DNA of 64,000 bases, taken from a bacterium (lineage in GTDB: Bacteria; UBA8248; JACPRG01; G963555815). Made by a program: the position numbers and the translations under genes. Below, in pieces: positions 40,407 through 49,104 of the stretch. Where the stretch lies: the NCBI GenBank assembly GCA_965261595.1, contig CBDHDG010000007.1, positions 448,001-512,000 on the forward strand, written 5' to 3'. The notes beneath the pieces are model-generated. The model was not told the DNA's origin, ran no database searches, and worked only from the letters and a program-made list of their open reading frames with translations. Numbering within the stretch: position 1 is the first letter of the stretch; every line of letters starts with the position of its first letter.

Positions 40407-41861
40407 ATGGAACGCGCCGGATTGGCGGCAATGACCGATCTGAGAGACTGGCTCGACGTGGTGGAGGATCTGGGCGAGCTGAAGACGGTCCGGGGGGCGC
40501 ACTGGAACCTGGAGATCGGCGCCCTCTCCGAGGCCAATTACAAACAATCGAAGAGCCCGGCGCTGCTGTTCGATGAGATCCCGGATCACCCCCCGGGCTT
40601 CCGCGTCCTGACGGGCGCGTCGGGCTCCCCCCCCCGCCTGGGCGTCGCGCTGCGCATGGGAAGCGGTTTCACCAACGCGGAGCTTGTCAAGGCCCTCCGC
40701 GGCAAGCCCATCGAGTGGGAGAGCACTGCCCCGAACTTCCCCCCCGAGGTTCTGCCGGACGGCCCCGTGAAAGAGAACGTCCTCCTGGGCGGCCAGGTGG
40801 ACCTGTCGCGCTTCCCCACGCCTTTCTGGCACAAGCACGACGGGGGACGCTACATCGGGACGGGGGACGCCGTCCTCATCAAAGACCCCGAAACCGGCGT
40901 CGTCAACCTGGGCGCCTACCGGGTGATGGTTCTCGACGAGCGCCACGTGTCCGTGATGATCATCCCGGGCAAGCACGGGATGCAGTACGCCCGAAAATGG
41001 TTCGCCCGCGGGGAGCGGTGCCCGGTGGCCATCTCGGTCGGCCACGACCCCCTCCTGGCCATCCTTTTGGGCATAGAGATCCCCACCGGCGTGAGCGAGC
41101 TCAACTACGCGGGGGCGATCATCGGGGGCCGATATCCGGTGGTGGAGGGGGAGGTGACGGGACTCCCTATCCCGGCCGCGAGCGAGATCGTTCTGGAAGG
41201 CTGGCTGGAAGAGGGGAAGACGACGACCGAAGGGCCTTACGGCGAATGGCACGGGTACTACTCGGGCGGCGAATATCCGGCCTTCCGGGTCGAAGTCGAG
41301 GCCGTTCTCCACCGCGACGATCCCATCCTCCTGGGCTCCCCGCCCGGAAAGCCGCCCCACGATTACTCCTACTTCCGGTCGGTGATGAAGTCGGCGCTGA
41401 TCTTCGACTCCCTGGTCAAGGCCGGTGTTCCGGCGGTCCAGGGCGTGTGGTGCGACGAGGCGGGCGGGGGCCGGCTTTGGATCAACGTCTCCATCAAGCA
41501 GCAGTTCCTGGGTCACGCGCGAATGGCCGGGTTCGTCGCCTCGCAATGCCACGCCGGGGCGTATATGGGGCGGTACGTCGTGGTGGTGGACGAGGACATC
41601 GATCCCACCGACATCCATGAAGTCATCTGGGCCATGTGCACCCGCTCCGATCCGGCCGGCGATATCGAGATCATCCGCCGGGCCTGGGGCAGCCCCGCCG
41701 ACCCGCTGAACCCCGACAAGAAGACGCCGAAAAGCTCGCGGGGCATCATCGACGCCTGCCGGCCCTACGAGTGGATGGACGAATTCCCCCGCGTCGCCGC
41801 CGCCGACCCGGAGGACCTCCAGGCGATACGGGAAAAGTTTCCGGAGGTTTTCGGGGATTAG
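40407..41861 (+). CDS. UbiD-family prFMN-dependent (de)carboxylase
   Basis: DGGRYIGT, NLGAYRV, IPAASEIVLEG, EGPYGEWHGYY, VVVDEDID..WAMCTR. Confidence 0.93.
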   Translation: MERAGLAAMTDLRDWLDVVEDLGELKTVRGAHWNLEIGALSEANYKQSKSPALLFDEIPDHPPGFRVLTGASGSPPRLGVALRMGSGFTNAELVKALRGKPIEWESTAPNFPPEVLPDGPVKENVLLGGQVDLSRFPTPFWHKHDGGRYIGTGDAVLIKDPETGVVNLGAYRVMVLDERHVSVMIIPGKHGMQYARKWFARGERCPVAISVGHDPLLAILLGIEIPTGVSELNYAGAIIGGRYPVVEGEVTGLPIPAASEIVLEGWLEEGKTTTEGPYGEWHGYYSGGEYPAFRVEVEAVLHRDDPILLGSPPGKPPHDYSYFRSVMKSALIFDSLVKAGVPAVQGVWCDEAGGGRLWINVSIKQQFLGHARMAGFVASQCHAGAYMGRYVVVVDEDIDPTDIHEVIWAMCTRSDPAGDIEIIRRAWGSPADPLNPDKKTPKSSRGIIDACRPYEWMDEFPRVAAADPEDLQAIREKFPEVFGD

Positions 41862-41964
41862 GCCGGTTCACCGGAATGACGGATCGGGCGCGCCGTTTCC
41901 GGCCGCCGTTCCGAATGAGGGGACGCCGACCTTCGCGGGGAACCCGCCCGGGCCGATCATCCTT

Positions 41965-43188
41965 GTGATCGCGTCACTCCTCCCCCCCGGACTGCAAGGC
42001 TCGGGACTGAAGGCGCTCGCGTGGGGGTCGGCGGGGGCCGCGGCCGGGGTGCTTCTGTGGCTCATCCCGACGATCCGGATCTCGGGATTGGGTCCCGCCT
42101 GGGACATGATGATCGTCCTGGCCGCGCGCCAACCCCGGGTTTTTTCCAGCGTGGGACAGGGACCGTTTCCGTCCGCGGCCGTCCTCGCGGCCCTGGGCCT
42201 CTGGGCGGCGTTACGGATCGGCCGGACATCCTGGCGGCCGTGGCGGCCCGCTTTGGCGCTCCTCGTCGCGGCCGGGTGCGGGGTCGGCGTCTCGCTGGTG
42301 GCCTTCCCGAAGCTGCTGACGTTGCTTTCGGAGGCGGGACTGCGCGGGCTTGCCGCCCAGGTCGTCGCGGCGCTCCCCCTCAGCGTGATCCTCGTGAGCG
42401 TCTGGACCCGGGAGGCGGTCCCCGGACGCCGGGTTGCGGCGGCCTTCATCGGATGGCAGGCGCTGTTTCAGGTCTTCCAGATCTACCCGGTTGCCGGGAC
42501 GCAGATGGTCTATGCGACGCCCCTCGTCGTCCTCCTGGCCGGCGCGCTTACGTATGCGCTGCTGGATCGACGCAAGCTGCCCGAGAAAAACCGGCGGCCT
42601 CTCAATCTTCCGGTGTCCCGCTCGATCGCCGAGCTGGTGTTCCCGGCGGCGACGCTCGCCTTCCTGCTGCCGTTCCTGGGCCTGGGGGTGATTCCCCTGG
42701 CGAAGGAGCGCCAAAAGGGAATCCCCCTGTCCGCGCCGTCCGCCGCGGGGGTCCGGTTTCAATCGGAGATCGCCCCCAAATTGGAGGCCCTGATCCGGTA
42801 TCTCCGGAGACGCACGGCGCCGGGCGAGCCGATTTTCACCATGCCGGGAATGTCGAGCATCTACATCTGGACGGGAAGGCCGAGCGTCACCCGCTATAAC
42901 GCCACGACCTGGGGTTTGCTGACGCCGGAGATGCAGGAGAGCATCGTCGAGAGGCTGCCGCGCGTCCGCTTTCTGGTGGTGAACCGCAAGTCGCTTTTCT
43001 GGAAGAGCACGGTTCAGCCTGTACGGCTCGCCGGAGAGGGATCGACCCGGTTGCGGGACCGGGTTTTCCGGGACTACGCCCCTCTTCCGCCCGGAGACTG
43101 GCTCGGACCGGGGGCTTCGGACGAAGACCCGGATTTTGAAATCTGGGTTCGGCGAAAAGGCGCGCCGGCCGGACCGCCGCCGTCCTGA
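41965..43188 (+). CDS. Polytopic membrane protein with GT-C/ArnT-like C-terminus, possibly 5'-truncated
   Basis: Several TM segments followed by YLRRRTAPGEPIF....IYIWTGRPS.TRY; weak start. Confidence 0.5.
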   Translation: MIASLLPPGLQGSGLKALAWGSAGAAAGVLLWLIPTIRISGLGPAWDMMIVLAARQPRVFSSVGQGPFPSAAVLAALGLWAALRIGRTSWRPWRPALALLVAAGCGVGVSLVAFPKLLTLLSEAGLRGLAAQVVAALPLSVILVSVWTREAVPGRRVAAAFIGWQALFQVFQIYPVAGTQMVYATPLVVLLAGALTYALLDRRKLPEKNRRPLNLPVSRSIAELVFPAATLAFLLPFLGLGVIPLAKERQKGIPLSAPSAAGVRFQSEIAPKLEALIRYLRRRTAPGEPIFTMPGMSSIYIWTGRPSVTRYNATTWGLLTPEMQESIVERLPRVRFLVVNRKSLFWKSTVQPVRLAGEGSTRLRDRVFRDYAPLPPGDWLGPGASDEDPDFEIWVRRKGAPAGPPPS

Positions 43189-43225
43189 CCCGAGGTTTTC
43201 GCAAAGAGAAGAGTCTACGGGGAAA

Positions 43226-43723
43226 TCACGCGGTTGGATCGGGGGGCGCGGCGATGTCCCAGTCGCCGAAGTCCTTGAAGACGGCTTCGGCCCTTTCCTC
43301 CAGGACCCCGCGGATGACCTTCACATTCATGCCCGTCAGCCCGACGAGCCGTTCGATGGTGTAGTCCCCCAGGTCATACCGCCCGTTGGAGCAGCGCCGC
43401 AGGGCCTCGGGTCCCGCGCCGATGACGACGGTTCCGACGCCGGAGTAGATGGCGGCGCCGGCGCACATGGGACAGGGGTCGCAGTTGGCGTACAGGACGC
43501 AGCCTCGCATGTCCCCCGAGCGCATCTTCTTCGCCGCCTCCCGGATCGCCATCATCTCCGCGTGGCACGTGGGATCCTTCAGGGAGATGCCGACGCTTTT
43601 CCCCCGGCCGAGGACCTCGCCGTCCTTGACGATGACGCCCCCGTAAGGCAGGTGCCCCTCCTTCACGCCGTCCTCCGCTTCCTGAATGGCCAGGGCCATG
43701 AATTTTTCGTGATCGCCGCTCAC
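43226..43723 (-). CDS. Zinc nucleoside deaminase, array member D1
   Basis: PYGGVIV, DPTCHAE, CDPCPMC. Confidence 0.92.
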   Translation of the reverse strand: MSGDHEKFMALAIQEAEDGVKEGHLPYGGVIVKDGEVLGRGKSVGISLKDPTCHAEMMAIREAAKKMRSGDMRGCVLYANCDPCPMCAGAAIYSGVGTVVIGAGPEALRRCSNGRYDLGDYTIERLVGLTGMNVKVIRGVLEERAEAVFKDFGDWDIAAPPDPTA

Positions 43724-43870
43724 GGGGATGCTCCTGTCTTCGCTGTCCGATGTTTTGGAACCGGATAGATCCGCGTGGGTGTCATGTTTCTCATGCGTCC
43801 TTAAGTCTTTGGGCCGGGCAGGATGCCCGGCCTACCGATCGGGTTGCGAGTTGGCGCCGGGCAAGATGCC
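43724..43870 (-). repeat. Repeated deaminase leader plus REP palindromes, copy 1
   Basis: Shares + strand TGTTTTGGAACCGG..GATCCG..GGGTGTCATGTTTCTCAT..CTTTGGGCCGGGCA with 44425 and 45177. Confidence 0.85.
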
Positions 43871-43923
43871 CGGCCTGCCGGCCGGTGGACAAGCGGTGTT
43901 TTCAAAACAGGCAGGGCGAGGCG

Positions 43924-44424
43924 CTATTCCGACCGGAGGACATTGGGCGAGGCGTCGCCCCAGTCCTTGTACTCCCGGAAGACGGCCTCGGCTTCCTCTT
44001 CCAGCACCCCGTTGACGACCTCCAGGTCCAGGCCGATCAGCTCGACGACGCGCTCGATGGTGTAATCGTTCATGTCGTAAATCGCTCCGGATTCGCGCTT
44101 GAGGGCGGCCGGGCTCGCGCCGATGACGATGGTCCCCGCCCCGGACCAAAGCGTGGCGCCGGCGCACATGGGACAGGGGTGGCACGAGGTGTAGAGGGTG
44201 CACCCGGTCAATTTTGGGGTCTTGAGGTTGGCCGCCGCGTCGCGGATGGCCGAGGTCTCCGCGTGGGCCGTGGGGTCTCCGGTGGAGTTGACGATGTTGC
44301 GGCCCCGGCCCACGACCTCTCCGTCCCGGACGATGACCGACCCGAAGGGCCGCTCTCCGCTCCGGACGGCGGCGCGGGATTCCTCGATGGCCAGGGCCAT
44401 GAACTTCTCGTGGTCGACGCTCAT
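43924..44424 (-). CDS. Zinc nucleoside deaminase, array member D2
   Basis: PFGSVIV, DPTAHAE, CHPCPMC. Confidence 0.92.
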   Translation of the reverse strand: MSVDHEKFMALAIEESRAAVRSGERPFGSVIVRDGEVVGRGRNIVNSTGDPTAHAETSAIRDAAANLKTPKLTGCTLYTSCHPCPMCAGATLWSGAGTIVIGASPAALKRESGAIYDMNDYTIERVVELIGLDLEVVNGVLEEEAEAVFREYKDWGDASPNVLRSE

Positions 44425-44707
44425 GGGGATTCTCCTGTTTCCGGTGGTCGATGTTTTGGAACCGGGTGGATCCGAAGGGGTGTCATGTTTCTCATACGCC
44501 CTTACACTTTGGGCCGGGCAGGATGCCCGGCCTACCGAATCGGGGTGCGAGTTGGCGCCGGGCAGGATGCCCGGCCTACCGGGCCGTGTACGGGCTGACT
44601 CTTCCAATATCCGGTAGGGCGGGCAGCGGGTCGGTTGACCCCTTGCCCGCCCGGATACGACGCGCGTAAGCCTTTCACGATCATTGATAAATTGCGCGGA
44701 CAGCACC
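44425..44707 (-). repeat. Repeated deaminase leader plus REP palindromes, copy 2
   Basis: Same leader; also shares GCCCGGATACGACGCGCGTAAG and GCGCGGACAGCACCCTA with copy 3. Confidence 0.85.
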
Positions 44708-45176
44708 CTATCTCCTTGGACCAGCCGAATTCTTCCAGGACTTTCTTGGCCTCGGTCTCCAAAATCCCCCGGATGACCTCGAGTGTCATGTTCATCTGTT
44801 CGCTGAGGCCTTCGGCCGTGTAAGTTCTCGGGGTTCGATTGGAGATGCGCGCCAGGGCGGCGGAGCGGGCCCCTACGACGAGGGTGTCGATGCCGGAAAA
44901 GAGTATGGCGCCGCAGCACATCGGGCAGGGGTCGCACGAGGTGTAGAGGGTGCAGCCCTTCAGGGACAGGCTTTTCAGGTTCGCCGCCGCGTCGCGAATG
45001 GCCATCACCTCCGCGTGCGCCGTCGGGTCCCCGGTCGAGCGGGGATTGGCGTATGCGCGCCCGACGACCTCCCCGTCCCGGACGACGACGGACCCGAAGG
45101 GCCGGTCGCCCGCCCGGAGCCCGGCCCGCGACTCCTCGACGGCCAGGGCCATGAACTTCTCGTGGTCGACGCTCAT
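44532..45176 (-). CDS. Zinc nucleoside deaminase, array member D3 (homologous stop at 44708-44710 out of frame)
   Basis: PFGSVVV, DPTAHAE, CDPCPMC. Confidence 0.88.
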   Translation of the reverse strand: MSVDHEKFMALAVEESRAGLRAGDRPFGSVVVRDGEVVGRAYANPRSTGDPTAHAEVMAIRDAAANLKSLSLKGCTLYTSCDPCPMCCGAILFSGIDTLVVGARSAALARISNRTPRTYTAEGLSEQMNMTLEVIRGILETEAKKVLEEFGWSKEIGCCPRNLSMIVKGLRASYPGGQGVNRPAARPTGYWKSQPVHGPVGRASCPAPTRTPIR

Positions 45177-45351
45177 GGGGATTCTCCTGTCTTCGCTGCC
45201 CGATGTCTTGGAACCGGATAGATCCGAGGGGGTGTCATGTTTCTCATGCGTCCTTAAGTCTTTGGGCCGGGCAAGATGCCCGCCCGGATACGACGCGCGT
45301 AAGTCTTTCACGGCCATCTGTAGAGCGTCGCCTCCCAGCGCGGACAGCACC
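45177..45351 (-). repeat. Repeated deaminase leader, copy 3
   Basis: Same leader and partial REP. Confidence 0.85.
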
Positions 45352-45819
45352 CTACAATGTGGACCAGTCGAATTTCGCCAGGACCTCCTCGGCCTCGGTT
45401 TGCAAAACCCCCCGGATGACCTCGAGCTTCATGTGCATCTGCCCGGCGAGGTTCTCGGCGGAGTAGGTCCTCGGGGATTGGCCCCGGATCTCCGCCAGTT
45501 TCGCGGAGCGCGCGCCTATGACCAGCCGCTCGATGCCGGAAAACAGCGTCGCCCCGCAGCACATCGGGCAGGGGTCGCACGAGGTGTAGAGGGTGCACTC
45601 CTTCCAGTCGGAACCCTTCAGGTTGGCTGAAGCGTCGCGAACGGCGGACGTTTCCGCGTGGGTCGTCGGGTCCCCGGAGGAGTTGACGGTGTTGTAGGCC
45701 CGGCCGACGACCTCCCCGTTGCGGACGATGACCGAGCCGAAAGGCTGCTCTCCCTTCTGTAGTCCCTTGCGCGCCTCCTCGATAGCCATCGCCAGGAATT
45801 TTTCGTGCCCGTCGCTCAT
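45352..45819 (-). CDS. Zinc nucleoside deaminase, array member D4
   Basis: PFGSVIV, DPTTHAE, CDPCPMC. Confidence 0.92.
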   Translation of the reverse strand: MSDGHEKFLAMAIEEARKGLQKGEQPFGSVIVRNGEVVGRAYNTVNSSGDPTTHAETSAVRDASANLKGSDWKECTLYTSCDPCPMCCGATLFSGIERLVIGARSAKLAEIRGQSPRTYSAENLAGQMHMKLEVIRGVLQTEAEEVLAKFDWSTL

Positions 45820-45834
45820 GAAAATCGCCCTCCC

Positions 45835-46851
45835 TTATGGGTTGGATGCGAGCCCATCGGCCAAAAGCCGCAGGGCCTTTTTCCTCTCTTCCGCCGTCCC
45901 GCGCAAGGCCAGGACGGGGACCTCGAGACCCGCATCGATGAACTCCGTGATTCGGTCCGCCGCCATCTCGGGCGTTCCGGTGACGCTGTACGCGTGGACG
46001 ACCTCCTCGGGGATGAGCCGCCGGATCGCCTCCCGGTCCTCTTTAACGAAGGCGTCGTTGATGGCGTCCAGGTCCAGTTTCGCCCCGCTGACTTCGTGGC
46101 TCGCCTTGAGGGCCGGGTTCCGGAGGAGGTAGGCGAGACCGGCCTGACTGGCCGCAAGCGCCTCTTCATACGTCTCGAAGATCGAGGTCACGATCAGCCC
46201 CGCGACCAGGAAGCCGTTCCCGGCGCCGCCCCCCCCGCCGCCGTCCCGCTTCCTTCGGCCCTTTTCGACCTGCTCCAGCACCCACTGAATGTAAGGCGCG
46301 GAGACCCCGGCGGAAAGGACGACGCCGTCGGCCGCCTCCCCGGCGAGCCGACACATCTTCGGTCCCACGGCCGCCAGGTAGATGGGAATTCTCGCCTCCG
46401 GGAGGTCGAAATCGATGTGAGCGCCGTAAAGGTTCAGCGTCTCGCCGCGAAACTCGACGCGCTGCCGGCCGGCGTCCCAGAGCCGCCGGGTGGCGGTGAT
46501 CATCTCTCGCATGGAGGCGAGGGGTTTCTTGGGCGACAGACCCATCTCGGCCATGACGTTCGGGTTGCCCGTCCCGGCGCACAGCGCGATCCGGCCCGGT
46601 GCGCACTCGGCCAGGGTGGCGACGCCCATGGCCCAGTAGAGGGGGTGGGCGACGTAGGGGCTGAGGGCGGTGGGGACGACCCGCACGTGTTTCGTCGCGC
46701 CGAGGAAGGCGACGGAGGTCGAGACCGCGTCCCGGTAGCCCAGGTGCTGGTCCGCCCAGACGGAGTGGAACCCCGCCGCGTCGGCGACTTGGCACATCTC
46801 CACCATGTCCGAAATGGGAATGCGGCCGTCGAGGTCGATGCCGAGTTTCAT
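45835..46851 (-). CDS. Luciferase-like (LLM; Mer-like) oxidoreductase
   Basis: AAGFHSVWADQH, PIYLAAVGPKMCRLAGEAADGVVL. Confidence 0.9.
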   Translation of the reverse strand: MKLGIDLDGRIPISDMVEMCQVADAAGFHSVWADQHLGYRDAVSTSVAFLGATKHVRVVPTALSPYVAHPLYWAMGVATLAECAPGRIALCAGTGNPNVMAEMGLSPKKPLASMREMITATRRLWDAGRQRVEFRGETLNLYGAHIDFDLPEARIPIYLAAVGPKMCRLAGEAADGVVLSAGVSAPYIQWVLEQVEKGRRKRDGGGGGGAGNGFLVAGLIVTSIFETYEEALAASQAGLAYLLRNPALKASHEVSGAKLDLDAINDAFVKEDREAIRRLIPEEVVHAYSVTGTPEMAADRITEFIDAGLEVPVLALRGTAEERKKALRLLADGLASNP

Positions 46852-46959
46852 AAACCGCCCTGATTGGAATCGGGGTGAGCGCCGTCGCTTAGTGTAACGC
46901 CCTTCTTCCAATCGCGAAAGGACGGGTTTTCGGGTGGGTCCGTCGCGGTGGAACCCCGT

Positions 46960-47445
46960 TCATCCCCGTTGTCCGCTCATGCGCCAGGTCATCAACGCGC
47001 CGAGGGTGAGGAAGGCGATTTGTCTGAGGGCTTCCGTCGGCCGCCCTTTAACGGATATTTGGGGCGTCCAGGAAATCAGCCCTTCCAAAGACGGATTGAG
47101 CTCCCGGGCTGAAAAGCGAATGATTTGCGCGTCCCGCAGGAAATCCAATCCGGACGCGGAAACCGATCCTCGCACGATGGGGATGATCGGCCTTTTGTCG
47201 GACGCGAATTCGACCTCCTGACGAACAAGGTCCGATTGGGACCCCTGATTCGAGATCAACGCCAGGACGCACCCGGACTCCAGAATCCGCTCGCGGACTA
47301 TTTTCGGAAGGGATCGGGCCGCTTTCAGGGGCCGGTCCTCATGCGCAATGAGGGGTCTTTGCCCGCCCAATTGAAGCTGTGACGCGATGAACCGAACGAC
47401 GTCGATGTCACCCGGCCTATTACTGATGAAGATCGTAAACGGCAT
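46960..47445 (-). CDS. TIR-domain protein with hydrophobic C-terminal tail
   Basis: IFISN, ERILESGCVLALIS, SDLVRQEVEFA (catalytic Glu position), IIPIV. Confidence 0.72.
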   Translation of the reverse strand: MPFTIFISNRPGDIDVVRFIASQLQLGGQRPLIAHEDRPLKAARSLPKIVRERILESGCVLALISNQGSQSDLVRQEVEFASDKRPIIPIVRGSVSASGLDFLRDAQIIRFSARELNPSLEGLISWTPQISVKGRPTEALRQIAFLTLGALMTWRMSGQRG

Positions 47446-47599
47446 TGCGCCCTCTCCGCGCGAACTGAACGAACGGATGCCAAAGTTTATCCATTTACAT
47501 TTCGGCGGAAAAGGTAAAGGACTTAATCGTTGATTTTTGCCGCCCCTTGCCGCGGCCCCGGGGTTTTGGCGTAACGGCCGTGGAGATGGTAGAATCGGA

Positions 47600-47839
47600 A
47601 TCGGCCTGAACATCAAGAATGAAGCGACCTGCCGTTTGGCCGAGGAGTTCGTGCGTTTGACCGGCGAGACCAAGACCAAGGCGATGGAGAAACGTTTGGA
47701 TCGCCAGTTCCAAGGGCGGAACCGCGCGGGCGTTGCCGAGTGGTTGATGGAAATCGGTCGGCGCTGCGCGTCCCAGCCGACGCTCGATACCTGGACGCCC
47801 GAAGGAATTCTTTACGACAAGCATGGTTTGCCCAAATGA
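47600..47839 (+). pseudogene. vapB: VapB antitoxin (Rv0623-like), apparent start-codon mutation
   Basis: (ATC)GLNIKNEATCRLAEEFVRLTGETKT...ILYDKHGLPK. Confidence 0.75.
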
Positions 47840-47960
47840 GCATGGTGGACACGTTCGCTGTCCTGGCGATTCTGTTCCAGGAAGAAAATGCGACGCGATT
47901 CGCCCGGGCGATCGAGTCGTCGAAACTCCCCTGCTCTCCGCGGCCTCTAAGACGTGGAAT
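47836..47960 (+). pseudogene. vapC: VapC PIN toxin N-terminal fragment
   Basis: MSMVDTFAVLAILFQEENATRFARAIE overlapping the vapB stop; truncated. Confidence 0.72.
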
Positions 47961-48142
47961 TGGGGTCCAGTATTGACAAGAGACAATCATATGAGTGCCC
48001 GTGTCTATGGCCCGATCACTCCGGATGATGTACGAGGGCGCCTGGTATCACGTGATGAATCGAGGCGCCGGGGGCAACGGATACCGACAATCCTCCCGGC
48101 GCTGACAATTGTATGAAGTCGAGAACTGACCCTGGGACCCCA
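47961..48142 (+). mobile_element. Internally deleted RAYT-type element
   Basis: MARSLRMMYEGAWYHVMNRG from 48007; flanked by inverted TGGGGTCCAG / CTGGGACCCCA. Confidence 0.65.
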
Positions 48143-48195
48143 GCCGGAGTGGACCGCCCCTGGGTTATTGGACACTCGGGTGAGGGTATTCGACC

Positions 48196-49104
48196 TCATG
48201 CGGCCTCCGCAACTTGAGCGAGTTTTTCCTGCCTTGCCTGGGCCGGCGTTCGGTAGCCGTAGCCCTCGAGAATCCAATGATGGTTGTACAGGTTCTTGAA
48301 CTCAAGCAGCGCCCACCGCAGTTCCTCTACGGTGGCGAAAGAGCGCACCCACAGGAGATTCTCCTTCAAGATGCGGATAAACCACTCACAGTAGCCATTT
48401 CCCTCGGGCGCCCGCACGAAGCTGGGCGAACTGGTCATGCCCAGGTAGGCGATCTCCCGCTGAAAGTCATCGGACAGATAGGCGGGGCCGTGGTCGTGAC
48501 GAACTTTAAGCCCCTCGGCGACATCCGCCTCCAAGCCGGCGAAGCGCTCGGCGACCCCCTGCCGGATCGGCTCCAGGGCCTCGAAGCGGTTGCCGCTCTT
48601 GGCCGCATGGATCCCCACGCAGTCCACCGAGCAGTGATCCACCGCCACGAACACCGAGGCCATCCCCTCCTCGGTGGTCACCGTCGTCGTCATGTCCGTG
48701 CCCCACATTCGGTCGGGCCGCTCGGTGCGGATGGTCCCGTTGTGGGCCTTGGGACCTCGGGGTTTGCCCACCCGGTGGGGGGCCTGAAGCCCCGCCTCCC
48801 GCATCAGGCGACGCACCCGCTCCTTGCTGGTGCGGATGCCCGCGAAGCGCAGCCTCGCCCACACCTTGCGGTAGCCCTCGCCATGGAAGGGAGAGTCCTC
48901 CAGGACCTGCCGGATGTGGCCGAGGAGTTCCGCATCGGTGCACGGGCCCACAGGGCCGCGCTTATTGGGCGTGGGGCGTTCATGAACGGGGACCGCCTCT
49001 CGCCGCCGTTGCGCGTAGACCGTGGAGCGCGCCAAGCCCCAAAGGGCGCACACCCGCTTCAGGCCGTAGGCTCTGCCCGTGGAGGTGAAGCGGGCCTGAC
49101 TCAT
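48196..49104 (-). CDS. IS3-family OrfB DDE transposase
   Basis: Intact DDE motif. Confidence 0.9.
   Translation of the reverse strand: MSQARFTSTGRAYGLKRVCALWGLARSTVYAQRRREAVPVHERPTPNKRGPVGPCTDAELLGHIRQVLEDSPFHGEGYRKVWARLRFAGIRTSKERVRRLMREAGLQAPHRVGKPRGPKAHNGTIRTERPDRMWGTDMTTTVTTEEGMASVFVAVDHCSVDCVGIHAAKSGNRFEALEPIRQGVAERFAGLEADVAEGLKVRHDHGPAYLSDDFQREIAYLGMTSSPSFVRAPEGNGYCEWFIRILKENLLWVRSFATVEELRWALLEFKNLYNHHWILEGYGYRTPAQARQEKLAQVAEAA

Noticed and set aside
43724..45351. Integron attC cassette array or known riboswitch
   Set aside because: No integron integrase, no clear RYYYAAC/GTTRRRY ends, and no riboswitch consensus I can recognise; kept only as an unexplained conserved leader
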